DNA of 45,018 nt, taken from an uncultured bacterium. GTDB taxonomy: Bacteria; Hydrogenedentota; Hydrogenedentia; Hydrogenedentales; CAITNO01. The stretch lies in contig CALDSM010000714.1 in NCBI GenBank assembly GCA_937923585.1, forward strand, positions 1 through 45,018, read 5' to 3'. Positions 17,849 through 26,987 of this stretch are shown in pieces. The notes below the pieces were generated by a model. It did not search any database and was not told the origin of the DNA. It saw nothing but the letters and a program-made list of their open reading frames with translations. Each line of letters opens with the position of its first letter. Position 1 is the first letter of the stretch. The translations under genes were made by a program, and so were the position numbers.

Positions 17849-18616
17849 ATGGAAGTGAAGCGCAAACAGGCTGCAACCGGGAAGTGCAAGATGAACGGGA
17901 ACAGAGGTGAAAGTCCAGAAGGCCGGGAACCGTTACTTCCGAGGCACGGGGGTTATCGAAAGCTCAAGAGTTTCCAACTGGCACAACTCACTTACGACGT
18001 GACCGTTCGCTTCTGCGGGCGCTACATTGGCCGCGGGCAAAGACGGATGCAGGAACAGTGGGTGCAGGCGGCGCGGAGCGGGGTGCAGAATATCGCCGAA
18101 GGCAGCCAGGCGTCAAGCACGTCGAAGAAGACCGAATTGAAACTGACGAATGTGGCGCGGGCGAGTTTGGAAGAGCTACGGCTCGATTATGAGGACTTTC
18201 TGCGGCAACGGGGGTTGGCGTTGTGGGGGCCGGAGCACCCGGCACTGAAAAGATTCAAGGCTAGGCGGTGTGCGTCAGTGGAGGAATTCAAGGCTTGGGT
18301 GGATGATGAGCGGGCTTTGGCGAAGGCAACACGGACGACCACGGACGAACACCGACTGACACGGACAAAGACGGAAACAGATACCGGACCGACGCGGAAG
18401 ACAAAACATTCGGAACTGTCCGTGTCCGTCCGTGTGGGTCCGTGTTCGTCCGTGCCCTCCTCTGCGGAAATTGCCGCAAACGGCGCCCTGTCTTTGCTGA
18501 ACCTGTGCTGTTACCTGCTTGACCGCCAGATCTCGGTGCTTGCCGCGAAGTTTGAGCAGGAAGGCGGCTTTTCCGAGCGCATGAACCGCATCCGCCGCGA
18601 CCGGCGCGGCTATTAA
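17849..18616 (+). CDS. four-helix-bundle protein (23S rRNA IVS-protein family) with suffix domain
   Basis: ..HGGYRKLKSFQLAQLTYDVTVRFC..QAARSGVQNIAEGS..ELKLTNVARASLEELRLDYEDFLRQRGL..GGFSERM... The middle third is low-complexity and is encoded by an inverted repeat. Alternative start at the Met at 17891. Confidence 0.7.
   Translation: MEVKRKQAATGKCKMNGNRGESPEGREPLLPRHGGYRKLKSFQLAQLTYDVTVRFCGRYIGRGQRRMQEQWVQAARSGVQNIAEGSQASSTSKKTELKLTNVARASLEELRLDYEDFLRQRGLALWGPEHPALKRFKARRCASVEEFKAWVDDERALAKATRTTTDEHRLTRTKTETDTGPTRKTKHSELSVSVRVGPCSSVPSSAEIAANGALSLLNLCCYLLDRQISVLAAKFEQEGGFSERMNRIRRDRRGY
18330..18454. repeat. imperfect inverted repeat built from CACGGAC-type units inside the four-helix-bundle CDS
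   Basis: The left arm (18330-18366) and the reverse complement of the right arm (18418-18454) match at 32 of 37 positions by hand alignment. The spacer is 51 nt. Confidence 0.85.
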
Positions 18617-19536
18617 TCCCGTGAGGTGCGCGGATCGAGGGCGTCGCGCAGGCCGTCGCCGAGGGCGTTGAGCGCGAACAGGGTCATGGAAAAGGCTATG
18701 CTTGGGAAAAGCAGCAGCCAGGGGTACTCCTCCATCGTGTCCACGCCGTCCTTGATGAGCAGGCCCCAGGAACTCATGGGCGGCTGCACGCCCAGGCCGA
18801 GGAAACTCAGGAACGCCTCGAGCAGCATCACGCGCGGCACGGTGAGCGTGGCGTAGATAATGACCGGGCCCAGCGTGTTGGGGATGATGTGGAACAGCAG
18901 GATGCGCCGCATCGGCAGGCCCATAACCACGGCCGCCTCGACGAACTCGCGGTGGCGCAGCGTGAGCACCTGGCCGCGCACAATCCGGGCCATGGTCAGC
19001 CACTCGACCGCGCCGATGGCCAGAAACAGAAACAGGAAATTGCGGCCGAAGAACACCATCAGGATGATGACGAACACGGTGAACGGCAGCGCATAGAGAA
19101 TATCAACCAGGCGCATCATCAGCGCGTCCATGCGCCCGCCGAGATAGCCCGAGGTGGCGCCGTAGAGCACGCCGATCAGCAGTGACACCGCCGTTGCCGC
19201 CAGCCCCACCAGCAGCGACACGCGCCCGCCGTACAGCATGCGCGAGAGCAGGTCGCGCCCCAGCGGGTCCGTGCCCAGCCAGTGCGCCGGGCCGGGTGCC
19301 GCGGCACCCAGCGCCGTGTCCTGCGTCTCATAGGACAGGGACACCATCCACGGCCCGACCGCGACAATTCCGCCGACGAGCACGAGTACCACCAGCCCCG
19401 CCATGGCCAGGCGGTTGCGCTTCAGCCGCCGCCAGGCATCCTTGCCCAGCGATGTGCCCTGTTCCGCATCACTGTCAGCCAACTTCCTCAACCTATTCTG
19501 ACTCCTGAATTCTGACTCCTGACTTCCTGCCGTCAC
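18613..19536 (-). CDS. peptide ABC transporter permease (OppC/DppC-like)
   Basis: 307 aa with ..DAWRRLKRNRLAMAGLVVL.. and C-terminal ..FSMTLFALNALGDGLRDALDPR... The start is uncertain: either a GTG overlapping the upstream stop or an in-frame TTG 15 codons downstream. Confidence 0.85.
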   Translation of the reverse strand: MTAGSQESEFRSQNRLRKLADSDAEQGTSLGKDAWRRLKRNRLAMAGLVVLVLVGGIVAVGPWMVSLSYETQDTALGAAAPGPAHWLGTDPLGRDLLSRMLYGGRVSLLVGLAATAVSLLIGVLYGATSGYLGGRMDALMMRLVDILYALPFTVFVIILMVFFGRNFLFLFLAIGAVEWLTMARIVRGQVLTLRHREFVEAAVVMGLPMRRILLFHIIPNTLGPVIIYATLTVPRVMLLEAFLSFLGLGVQPPMSSWGLLIKDGVDTMEEYPWLLLFPSIAFSMTLFALNALGDGLRDALDPRTSRD

Positions 19537-20450
19537 TGCAACCGCACGCGCGGGTCGAGCATTGCCAGCGCGATGTCGGCAACCAGGTTAAGCGCTACCA
19601 CCAGCACGGCATAGGTCAACACCGAACCGATCACCATCGTGTAGTCGCGGTTGAAGGCCGACTCGACGAACTCGCGGCCCAGTCCCGGTATCTGGAATAT
19701 CGTTTCGACCACGAACGAGCCGGTGAACAGCCCCGCCGCCGCAGGGCCGAGAAACGCCACCACGGGCTGCACGCCGCCGCGCAGTGCGTGACGCAGCACC
19801 ACGCGCGCCTCGCTGAGCCCCTTGGCGCGGGCCGTGCGGATGAAATCCTGCGCGAGCACTTCCAGCATGCCGCCGCGGGTGAGCCGCGCGATGTAGGCGG
19901 CGTAGGCCGCGCCGAGCGTGATGGACGGCAGAATCTTGTGCAGCGGCGTGGACCAGCCCATCACGGGCAGCCAGCCGAGCCACAGCCCGAACACGAGCAC
20001 CAGCAGGGGACCCAGCACGAAACCGGGCAGGCAGATGCCGAGCATGGCCAGCGACATCGCGCCGTGATCGAGCGCGCTGTTGGGCCGCAGCGCGGCCAGC
20101 AGTCCCGCCGCCATGCCCACGGCCAGCGCCACCAGCAGCGCGTAGGCGCCCAGTTCGAGCGACACGGGAAAACGCAGCGCAATCCATTCGCTGACCGTGC
20201 GGCCGGGCTTGCGGAAGGAGGGGCCGAAGTCGCCGTGCAGCACACCGCCGAGATAGCCGAAATACTGCCGGTACAGCGGCTGGTCCAGCCGGTACTGCGC
20301 CTCCAACTGTTTCAGCACCTGCGGTGACGCGCGCTTCTCCGTGTCGAAGGGGCCGCCCGGCGCAAGGCGCACCAGGAAGAACGCCACGGTGATCACGGCA
20401 AGCAGCACGGGGACTGACTCCAGAAGACGGCGCAGAATGAACCCGGTCAT
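19533..20450 (-). CDS. peptide ABC transporter permease (OppB/DppB-like)
   Basis: Start moved to the ATG at 20450 (MTGFILRRLLESVPVLLAVITVAFFLVRLAPGGPFD), which overlaps the substrate-binding protein's stop (ATGA). The C-terminus is ..ADIALAMLDPRVRL. Confidence 0.85.
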   Translation of the reverse strand: MTGFILRRLLESVPVLLAVITVAFFLVRLAPGGPFDTEKRASPQVLKQLEAQYRLDQPLYRQYFGYLGGVLHGDFGPSFRKPGRTVSEWIALRFPVSLELGAYALLVALAVGMAAGLLAALRPNSALDHGAMSLAMLGICLPGFVLGPLLVLVFGLWLGWLPVMGWSTPLHKILPSITLGAAYAAYIARLTRGGMLEVLAQDFIRTARAKGLSEARVVLRHALRGGVQPVVAFLGPAAAGLFTGSFVVETIFQIPGLGREFVESAFNRDYTMVIGSVLTYAVLVVALNLVADIALAMLDPRVRLQ

Positions 20451-22183
20451 GGAGCGCCCCCCGTGTCGCGCTCCAGCCACATGTCGGTCCACGACAGGTG
20501 GTCCAATGGGTTGAGCACCAGGCCCTTCAATGCGGGCGACTGGAGGAACTTCCACGTGTAGAAGTAAATCGGAATGATCGGGCTCTCATCGAGCAGGATG
20601 GCTTCCGCCTGCCGGAGCAGTTCAAGCCGTTTCGCCGGGTCGGTCTCCAAATAGGAGCCGTGGATAAGCGCGTCGTATTCCGGCGAGGACCAGCCGGTGC
20701 GGTTGTTGCCCACGCCCGTCTGAAAGCATTCCAAGAAGTTCACCGGGTCGGCCACGTCGGCGATCCAGCCGCCCCGCGCCACGGCATAATCGAGCGTGTT
20801 CGTTGCGGTGAGGAAGACTTTCCAGTCCTGGTTGATCAGGCGCACCTCAACACCCAGATTGTCGCGCCACATCCGCTGCACGGCCTCCGCGATGGTCCGG
20901 TGCGCGTCGCTGGAGTTGTAAAGAATCTCCACCGGCCCCATGCCCCGCCCGCCGGGAAAGCCGGCTGCGGCCAGCAGCGCGCGCGCCGCTTCCGGGTCGT
21001 ACTTTACGGACGCCCCCGGGGTGTAGCCCGGCATGTTCGGCGGGACCAGCGACGCCGCCGGACTCTCTTCCGCCTTCAGCACGTTGTTGGCGATCTCGTC
21101 GCGGTTCAGCGCCAGAACCAGCGCCCTGCGCACACGGGCTTCGGTGAACGGCGGCCGCGTGACGTTGATGCGGTAGAAATAGGTGCCGAGGTCGGGACAT
21201 ATCTTGATGAGATCCGGATGCGCCTTTCGGTAGATGGGAATCTTGTGCATCGGCACTGTCGAGGTGAGGTCCAGGTTACCCGCGCGGAAGGACCGCTCCT
21301 CGGTCTGCTGGTTGTCTATGGGGTAAAACTCGATGCCGTCCAGCCGCACCTTGGATGTGTTCCAATAATGGGGATTGCGGCGCACCCGCAGCACGTCGTT
21401 CGGCTGCCATTCGGCCAGCAGGAACGCGCCGTTGCCCACATGGTTTCCGGCGCGGGTCCACAGCGTGCCGCGCTCGTCCATGGCGCCGAACTTCTCGACG
21501 GTTGCCCGGTGTACCGGGAACCACGCCTGATGCACCTGCATGGCCAACAGGTAGGGCGTGGGGCTGTCCAGCGTCACCTCCAATGTGCGGTCGTCCGGCG
21601 CGCGCACGCCGACCGTGCCGAAATCGTCGGCCTTGCCCTCGTTGAAGTCCCGCGCGCCGCGGATGCAGTACAGCAGATAGGCGTATTCCGAGGCGAGTTT
21701 CGGGCTGAGCATGCGCCGCCACGCGTAGGCGAAATCGTGCGCAGTGACAGGCTCGCCGTTTGACCAGCGCGCCGCGGTCCGCATGTGGAACGTGTACACC
21801 CTTCCGTCCGGCGAGATGTCCCACGACTCCGCCGCGGCGGGCACGGGTTTCATGGTGGCGAGGTCAATGTCGGCAAGCCCCTCAAAGAGCGAGGCAAGGA
21901 TGCGGTGCTCCGGCTGGCCGGTCACCTGGTGCGGGTCCAAATCCTGCGGCTCAGCCCCGATACCCACGCGCAGGACCATTCCCGGCAATGCCCCCTCGTC
22001 GCGACAGGAGCATCCCGTCGCGGCAAAGATGACCACTGCGGCCAGCGCCGTGAAATGTGGGACAGCCGCCCTCGGCTGTCGTCCCTGGGCGTTGGTTTTA
22101 AGCCGACAGCCGAGGGCGGCTGTCCCACATCCTATTTTTGTCCGTTCTGGCATTTTCCGCGCACGCGCGTCCCTGTGGTTCAT
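20447..22183 (-). CDS. ABC transporter substrate-binding lipoprotein, family 5 (peptide/nickel; OppA-like)
   Basis: Family-5 SBP-like body with a lipobox ..VIFAATGC... The start is ambiguous: ATGs at 22183 or 22153, or the ORF-track start at 22237. All candidate starts place a 27-bp-arm palindrome inside the signal-peptide n-region. Confidence 0.75.
   Translation of the reverse strand: MNHRDARARKMPERTKIGCGTAALGCRLKTNAQGRQPRAAVPHFTALAAVVIFAATGCSCRDEGALPGMVLRVGIGAEPQDLDPHQVTGQPEHRILASLFEGLADIDLATMKPVPAAAESWDISPDGRVYTFHMRTAARWSNGEPVTAHDFAYAWRRMLSPKLASEYAYLLYCIRGARDFNEGKADDFGTVGVRAPDDRTLEVTLDSPTPYLLAMQVHQAWFPVHRATVEKFGAMDERGTLWTRAGNHVGNGAFLLAEWQPNDVLRVRRNPHYWNTSKVRLDGIEFYPIDNQQTEERSFRAGNLDLTSTVPMHKIPIYRKAHPDLIKICPDLGTYFYRINVTRPPFTEARVRRALVLALNRDEIANNVLKAEESPAASLVPPNMPGYTPGASVKYDPEAARALLAAAGFPGGRGMGPVEILYNSSDAHRTIAEAVQRMWRDNLGVEVRLINQDWKVFLTATNTLDYAVARGGWIADVADPVNFLECFQTGVGNNRTGWSSPEYDALIHGSYLETDPAKRLELLRQAEAILLDESPIIPIYFYTWKFLQSPALKGLVLNPLDHLSWTDMWLERDTGGAP
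22055..22130. repeat. perfect 27-bp-arm inverted repeat (REP-like hairpin)
   Basis: atgtgggacagccgccctcggctgtcg (22055-22081), a 22-nt loop, then cgacagccgagggcggctgtcccacat (22104-22130). The arms are exact reverse complements. Confidence 0.95.
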
Positions 22184-22284
22184 TACCGCCGCGCCTCTTC
22201 CCGCCGGATTATCGCCCGTCCTGCCGCAGTGCTGCAAGCAGGGAGTGGTCGCCCCGCACGTTGCCGGTCATCCCCCGGCGCCTG

Positions 22285-22314
22285 TTGACATCATTGCCGT
22301 TGCGCCTATTTAAT
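22285..22314 (+). promoter_or_regulatory. candidate sigma70 promoter upstream of pepF
   Basis: TTGACA (22285-22290), a 16-nt spacer, then TATTTAAT (22307-22314). Lies about 185 nt upstream of the pepF ATG. Sequence match only. Confidence 0.3.
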
Positions 22315-22499
22315 ACGGCTCGTGCATACGATTCCGGTTTGCTGCATGCGGAATGGCACAGGCACCACGGGGTGTTGCTAAAAGTACAGTTTTGCAGGGC
22401 TGGGTGGAGAAGTCTGCACGCCGCTATACCCACGCCTGGAATTGAATACGGACGGTGCCCCGGCGCGTGCCGACGGATTCACCAATGAAAGGAGAAGAG

Positions 22500-24383
22500 A
22501 TGTTTCGCCACTGGTTTCCAGCGCTTTTGTGCGCCTTCATCACGACAACTGCGGTACATGCGGAGGAACGGGCCAACGTGCCTGACAACTACAAATGGCG
22601 AACCGCCGACGTCTATCCGGACACGGACGCGTGGCAGCAGGCAAAGGGGCACATCGGGGCCCGCATCGCCAAGTTTCCGGAGTTGCAGGGCAAACTGGGC
22701 GAATCGCCGGACCGCCTGTATGGTGTGTTGTCCTGCGTAATGGACCTGAAGAGGGATCTTGACCGGCTTCTGACCTATGCAAACATGCTTTTTGACGAAG
22801 ACACGCGCGCGGCCAAGACATCGGAAATGAAGCAGGCGGCCGAGGACCTCTCCGTGAAGTTCTCGACAGCATCCTCCTTTGTCCAGCCGGAGATACTGGC
22901 GCTGGGCAAAGCCAGGGTGGGCGACTATGTGAAGGCCGACGCGCGGCTCGCGCCGTACGGCGTCTGGCTTGACGACATACTGCGCTACGGGGACCACACG
23001 CTGTCGCCGGCGGAGGAGAAGGTGGCGGCCAGCGCGGACATGATGGCGCTGGCCGGCGCCAACATCTTTGAGGTGCTCAAGAATGCGGAACTGCCCTACC
23101 CGGAGGTGACACTCGCCTCGGGAGAAACGGTCCGTCTGGACTCGCAGGGCTACACGCGGTACCGCGCCTCAGGCAACCGGGAGGACCGGGACAGGGTGTT
23201 CAAGGCGTTCTGGTCCAAGCACAAGGAGTTTGAGCAGACCTTTGCGGCCACACTCAATGCCCAGGTGAAATCCCATGTGTTCAACAAGGAGGTTCACAAG
23301 TACGACAGTTGCCTGACCGCCGCCCTTTTCGACGCAAACATTCCGAAGGGCATCTATCTGCAGCTCATTGCCGACGTGCATGCCAACCTGCCCACCCTGC
23401 ACCGCTATTTGAAACTGCGCCAGCGCATCATGGGCGTGGACCAACTCCGGTATGAGGACCTCTACGCCCCCATCATCAAGGCCGTGGACCTGCGATACAC
23501 GCCTGAAGAGGCCACCGGACTGCTGCTGGAGGCACTCGGGCCGCTGGGAAAAGACTATGTGGCGGCGCTGAAGAAGGGATGCGACGACCACTGGGTGGAC
23601 TTCATGCCCAGCGTGGGAAAGAAATCCGGCGCCTACAGCACGAACGTCTACGAGGTGCATCCCTACCAGCTCCTGAATTTCAACGGTTCCTATGAGGATG
23701 TCTCGACGTTGGCCCATGAGTGGGGCCATTCCATGCATTCCTTCCTTTCCAGCAGGAACCAGCCCTATGTCAGCCATGACTACAAGACCTTTGTGGCCGA
23801 GGTGGCCTCGACCCTGAACGAGAACTTCCTGATTCACCACATGCTGAACCGGTACAAGGACGGGGAGACGCGGCAGTTTCTGCTGGGCAGCTTCCTTGAG
23901 ACGCTTCGCGGCACACTGTTCCGGCAGGTGCTCTTTGCCGAATTCGAACTGCGCATCCATGAAATGGCGGAAAGCGGAGACCCGCTTACCGGCGAGAAGC
24001 TGAGCAAGCTGTACCTCGACCTGCTCAAGACCTATTACGGGGACGGCGACGGCGTCTGCAAGGTGGATGACCTGTACGCGGTCGAATGGGCTTACATTCC
24101 CCATTTCTATTACAACTTTTACGTTTATCAGTACGCCACGAGCATCGTTGCCTCGTCGCAGATTGCGGCGGCCATCCGGGCGGAAGGCGCCGCCGCCGGT
24201 TCAGAGAACACCGCGCTGAAGGCTTATCTCACCATGCTGTCGTCGGGCTCGTCCAAGTATCCGGTGGACCTCCTCAAAGGCGCGGGCGTTGACATGGAGA
24301 CTTCCGCCCCTTTCAACGCGGCCATAAAGGAGATGAACGGAATCATGGACGAAATGGAACTGCTGGCCGGACCTCCGAAGTGA
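22500..24383 (+). CDS. pepF: M3B oligoendopeptidase F-like metallopeptidase, exported
   Basis: HEWGHSMH zinc motif, about 627 aa. Start chosen at the ATG at 22500, which has AAAGGAG 5 nt upstream. The N-terminus MFRHWFPALLCAFITTTAVHA/EE looks like a Sec signal peptide. Confidence 0.8.
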   Translation: MFRHWFPALLCAFITTTAVHAEERANVPDNYKWRTADVYPDTDAWQQAKGHIGARIAKFPELQGKLGESPDRLYGVLSCVMDLKRDLDRLLTYANMLFDEDTRAAKTSEMKQAAEDLSVKFSTASSFVQPEILALGKARVGDYVKADARLAPYGVWLDDILRYGDHTLSPAEEKVAASADMMALAGANIFEVLKNAELPYPEVTLASGETVRLDSQGYTRYRASGNREDRDRVFKAFWSKHKEFEQTFAATLNAQVKSHVFNKEVHKYDSCLTAALFDANIPKGIYLQLIADVHANLPTLHRYLKLRQRIMGVDQLRYEDLYAPIIKAVDLRYTPEEATGLLLEALGPLGKDYVAALKKGCDDHWVDFMPSVGKKSGAYSTNVYEVHPYQLLNFNGSYEDVSTLAHEWGHSMHSFLSSRNQPYVSHDYKTFVAEVASTLNENFLIHHMLNRYKDGETRQFLLGSFLETLRGTLFRQVLFAEFELRIHEMAESGDPLTGEKLSKLYLDLLKTYYGDGDGVCKVDDLYAVEWAYIPHFYYNFYVYQYATSIVASSQIAAAIRAEGAAAGSENTALKAYLTMLSSGSSKYPVDLLKGAGVDMETSAPFNAAIKEMNGIMDEMELLAGPPK

Positions 24384-24411
24384 ACGCGCAGCGAAAGGCA
24401 CCATTGACCGC

Positions 24412-25470
24412 ATGAGCACACCGAAAACAGCCATGACCCGGCGCGCCTTCATCGGCGCGGGCACGGCCGCAGGCATGGGCCTTGCGGCCTCCGCCGACGC
24501 AGGCAAACCGCACCGCAACAGGAAGAAGGACCAGGAACAGCCCGCCCACGCAAGGGAGACGTTTATGGGACCACGAGACACGGCGAAAATCACCCTGGTG
24601 CAGTTGACCACCGGCGCGGATGCGCCGCCGGTCATCGAGCGAATGCCTGCCTTTTTCGAGCAGGCGGCGGAACTGGGGTCGGACCTGGTTGTCTTTCCGG
24701 AGTATGTGCTGGGCGACATGATTACGCCGAAGGACGCGGTGGCGCAGCAGTTCTTCGCGCTGGCCGCGAAGCACAAGATTAATGCGATCACCGGCTGCGT
24801 CGAACGGCAGGGCAAGGACCAATGGTCCACCAGCGCGTGGGTGGTGGACCGGGGCGGCAACCTGCTGGGCCGCTATCTTAAATGCCATCCGGCCTGCGGT
24901 CCGGCGCCGCACTGGTGGCCGCCGAACCAGGGCAACGACCGCGAGGCGCGCGGCATACTCGGCAGCGAGTTCAAAGTGTTCACACTCGACTTCGCGCCCA
25001 TCGGCATTCTCGAGTGCTACGACGGCTATTTTCCGGAGGCCTGGGGATGCACGTCGTTCATGGGCGCCGAAATCATTCTCTGGATCAACGGACGTGACGG
25101 GATGATTGAGGATTCGCACTGCATGATGGCCGCGCAATCCTACGGCTGCGTGGTCGGCGCAAACATCACGCAGGGTTTCAACACCGGCTTCACCGGGCCC
25201 GGCTGCGTGGCCCCTGCCGACGGCTGCAAGGATGAACCCGAGCAGGCCCGCCTCTATCCCCGCATCAAGAAGAAAGGCGATGCCTGCGTCACCGCCTCCA
25301 TCAACCTCGCCGAACTGCGCTGGAAGCGCAAGCACCTGCGCACCATGCACCAGCGCCGCCCCGAACTCTACGGGCTGCTCACCCGCGACGTGAAAATGTG
25401 GCAGAACTATCCCGACATCCCCTGGGACTACCCGGAATGCGCTGAACTGGTCAACAAGTCACAGCTGTAG
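24412..25470 (+). CDS. carbon-nitrogen hydrolase (nitrilase superfamily) with a twin-arginine signal
   Basis: Tat motif TRRAFIGAGTAAGMGLAASADA. Candidate catalytic E-K-C context: VVFPEY.., ..YLKCHP.., ..GILECYDGYFPE... Confidence 0.75.
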   Translation: MSTPKTAMTRRAFIGAGTAAGMGLAASADAGKPHRNRKKDQEQPAHARETFMGPRDTAKITLVQLTTGADAPPVIERMPAFFEQAAELGSDLVVFPEYVLGDMITPKDAVAQQFFALAAKHKINAITGCVERQGKDQWSTSAWVVDRGGNLLGRYLKCHPACGPAPHWWPPNQGNDREARGILGSEFKVFTLDFAPIGILECYDGYFPEAWGCTSFMGAEIILWINGRDGMIEDSHCMMAAQSYGCVVGANITQGFNTGFTGPGCVAPADGCKDEPEQARLYPRIKKKGDACVTASINLAELRWKRKHLRTMHQRRPELYGLLTRDVKMWQNYPDIPWDYPECAELVNKSQL

Positions 25471-25558
25471 GCCGTGGGGTGTCTGTTGCCGTTCAGCGTC
25501 CGAAGCTGACACCGCATAATCCCGCGACAGGGAATCGGACTCGGCGGCAACCCCGGCC

Positions 25559-26146
25559 CTACGGCTGGCGGCTGGCGGCGATGTCTATGAGGTGCAGCAG
25601 TTCCGAGACCACCATGACGCGTTTGGTGTCGGCCTCGTAGAGGGCGTGAACCTTCTTGCGGGCGGCGGGAATGTCGCCGCTGGCCTTGCCGCGCGCAATC
25701 AGCTCCCGGCACTGCTCCGGCATGGGCCCCCAGTTCCCGCATTCCACCCATTCCTCGTTGAGGAAGATGAACTTGGGAATGGCCTCGCCGCCGTTGGTCA
25801 GAAAGCGGACAAACACGTTGGGCCACTGTTCGCGGGAGATGTACCGCACCCTCAGGTTGGGCGCGGCCTCGGCGAGCCGCTGTAGCACGGGCACATGGCG
25901 CACCACGTCGCCGCACCAGTCCTCGGCGATGGCCACCACATGCACCGGGCGGGAAAGTTTCGCCAGGAAGCCGGCGGTTTGCGGTTCCAGGGCCAAACCT
26001 TGGCGCAACTCTTCCATTTTGGCGCAGTTCTCCGGCGAGGAGCCGGAGTTCAGCCAGGATCGGTAATCCAAGCCTGAATCGAACACTTCAGCCCAATTCA
26101 CGGTTGGCAGTGTGGGTGGTTTCGGCATTGCTTCATCCTCCGGCAT
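25559..26146 (-). CDS. thioredoxin-fold family protein
   Basis: 195 aa. ..VVAIAEDWCGDVVRHVPVLQRLAE.. is a WCGD-type thioredoxin-like motif. Confidence 0.65.
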   Translation of the reverse strand: MPEDEAMPKPPTLPTVNWAEVFDSGLDYRSWLNSGSSPENCAKMEELRQGLALEPQTAGFLAKLSRPVHVVAIAEDWCGDVVRHVPVLQRLAEAAPNLRVRYISREQWPNVFVRFLTNGGEAIPKFIFLNEEWVECGNWGPMPEQCRELIARGKASGDIPAARKKVHALYEADTKRVMVVSELLHLIDIAASRQP

Positions 26147-26179
26147 GTCGCCCTGTTTCTGTCCCGCCGCAGCGGCGCC

Positions 26180-26644
26180 TCACTTGAGATTCAGCATTTT
26201 GTCCCGGCACCGGCCGAATACTCGGTCCAGCGAGAGCGGATTGTCCCTGGCGGAGAGCCATAGGCCGGCCGCCGCCATGAGCACGTAGGTCAGGTTGGTG
26301 CCCACCACCGCGTGCTGCTGCTGCACCATCATGCCGAATGCCAGCGAGACGAGCAGCAGTCCGGCCAGAAAGAACACCCAGCACGTGCGCAGGCCCAGAA
26401 TCAGCAGGATGCCCACCGCGAGTTCCGCAAAGGGGAGCGCATGCACATAGGGCGCCACCATAAAGGACGGAAGCCATGTCCCGGCGAAACTCTCCTGCAT
26501 CTTTTGCGCCACCCCGCCGATGCCGCCGGGGGCCAGGAACTTTCCCAGCGCCGCCACGAGGAACAGTATTCCCAGTGACAGGCGCATCAACAGGGCACCC
26601 ATGCCTTCCGGGCTGAGTTTGCAGCATTCACAGTTCGTCTTCAT
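26180..26644 (-). CDS. DoxX-family membrane protein
   Basis: 154 aa with about four TM segments. ..LLMRLSLGILFLVAALGKF.. resembles the DoxX N-terminal pattern. It sits immediately upstream of the thioredoxin-fold gene. Confidence 0.6.
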   Translation of the reverse strand: MKTNCECCKLSPEGMGALLMRLSLGILFLVAALGKFLAPGGIGGVAQKMQESFAGTWLPSFMVAPYVHALPFAELAVGILLILGLRTCWVFFLAGLLLVSLAFGMMVQQQHAVVGTNLTYVLMAAAGLWLSARDNPLSLDRVFGRCRDKMLNLK

Positions 26645-26987
26645 TCAGACATCTCCAGTTCATTCACATCTCTTCCCGCCTTCACTCTTGTATAAACCAT
26701 GCATTGGCCGTGTCTTATGCCCTGGGGGCACAAATGACGGCCCGGCAGGCCGCCAATCTTGGCGGCACGGGTGTGCGGGCCGGCGGCGGACAACCGGCGG
26801 TCCTGCTGGACGTGTCCGACAGGCAACCCAAATAGACCCAGGCAAGGCAAACAAGATGAGGTTTCACGGCCTTCACACATTCCCGGCGTTTATGGCCTTC
26901 TGGATGGCATAGCGCTCGTCAGGTTCGGCGTGTTTGAAAGCGCCTGCACCCCTAACCGAAACTGCCGTCTGGCAGACATCAAAGCCG

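Noticed and set aside
18613-22183. Opp-like system lacking ATPase genes, considered as a degenerate transporter
   Set aside because: The ATPase subunits can be encoded elsewhere or shared. Both permeases and the SBP look intact, so there is no basis for calling this a pseudo-operon.
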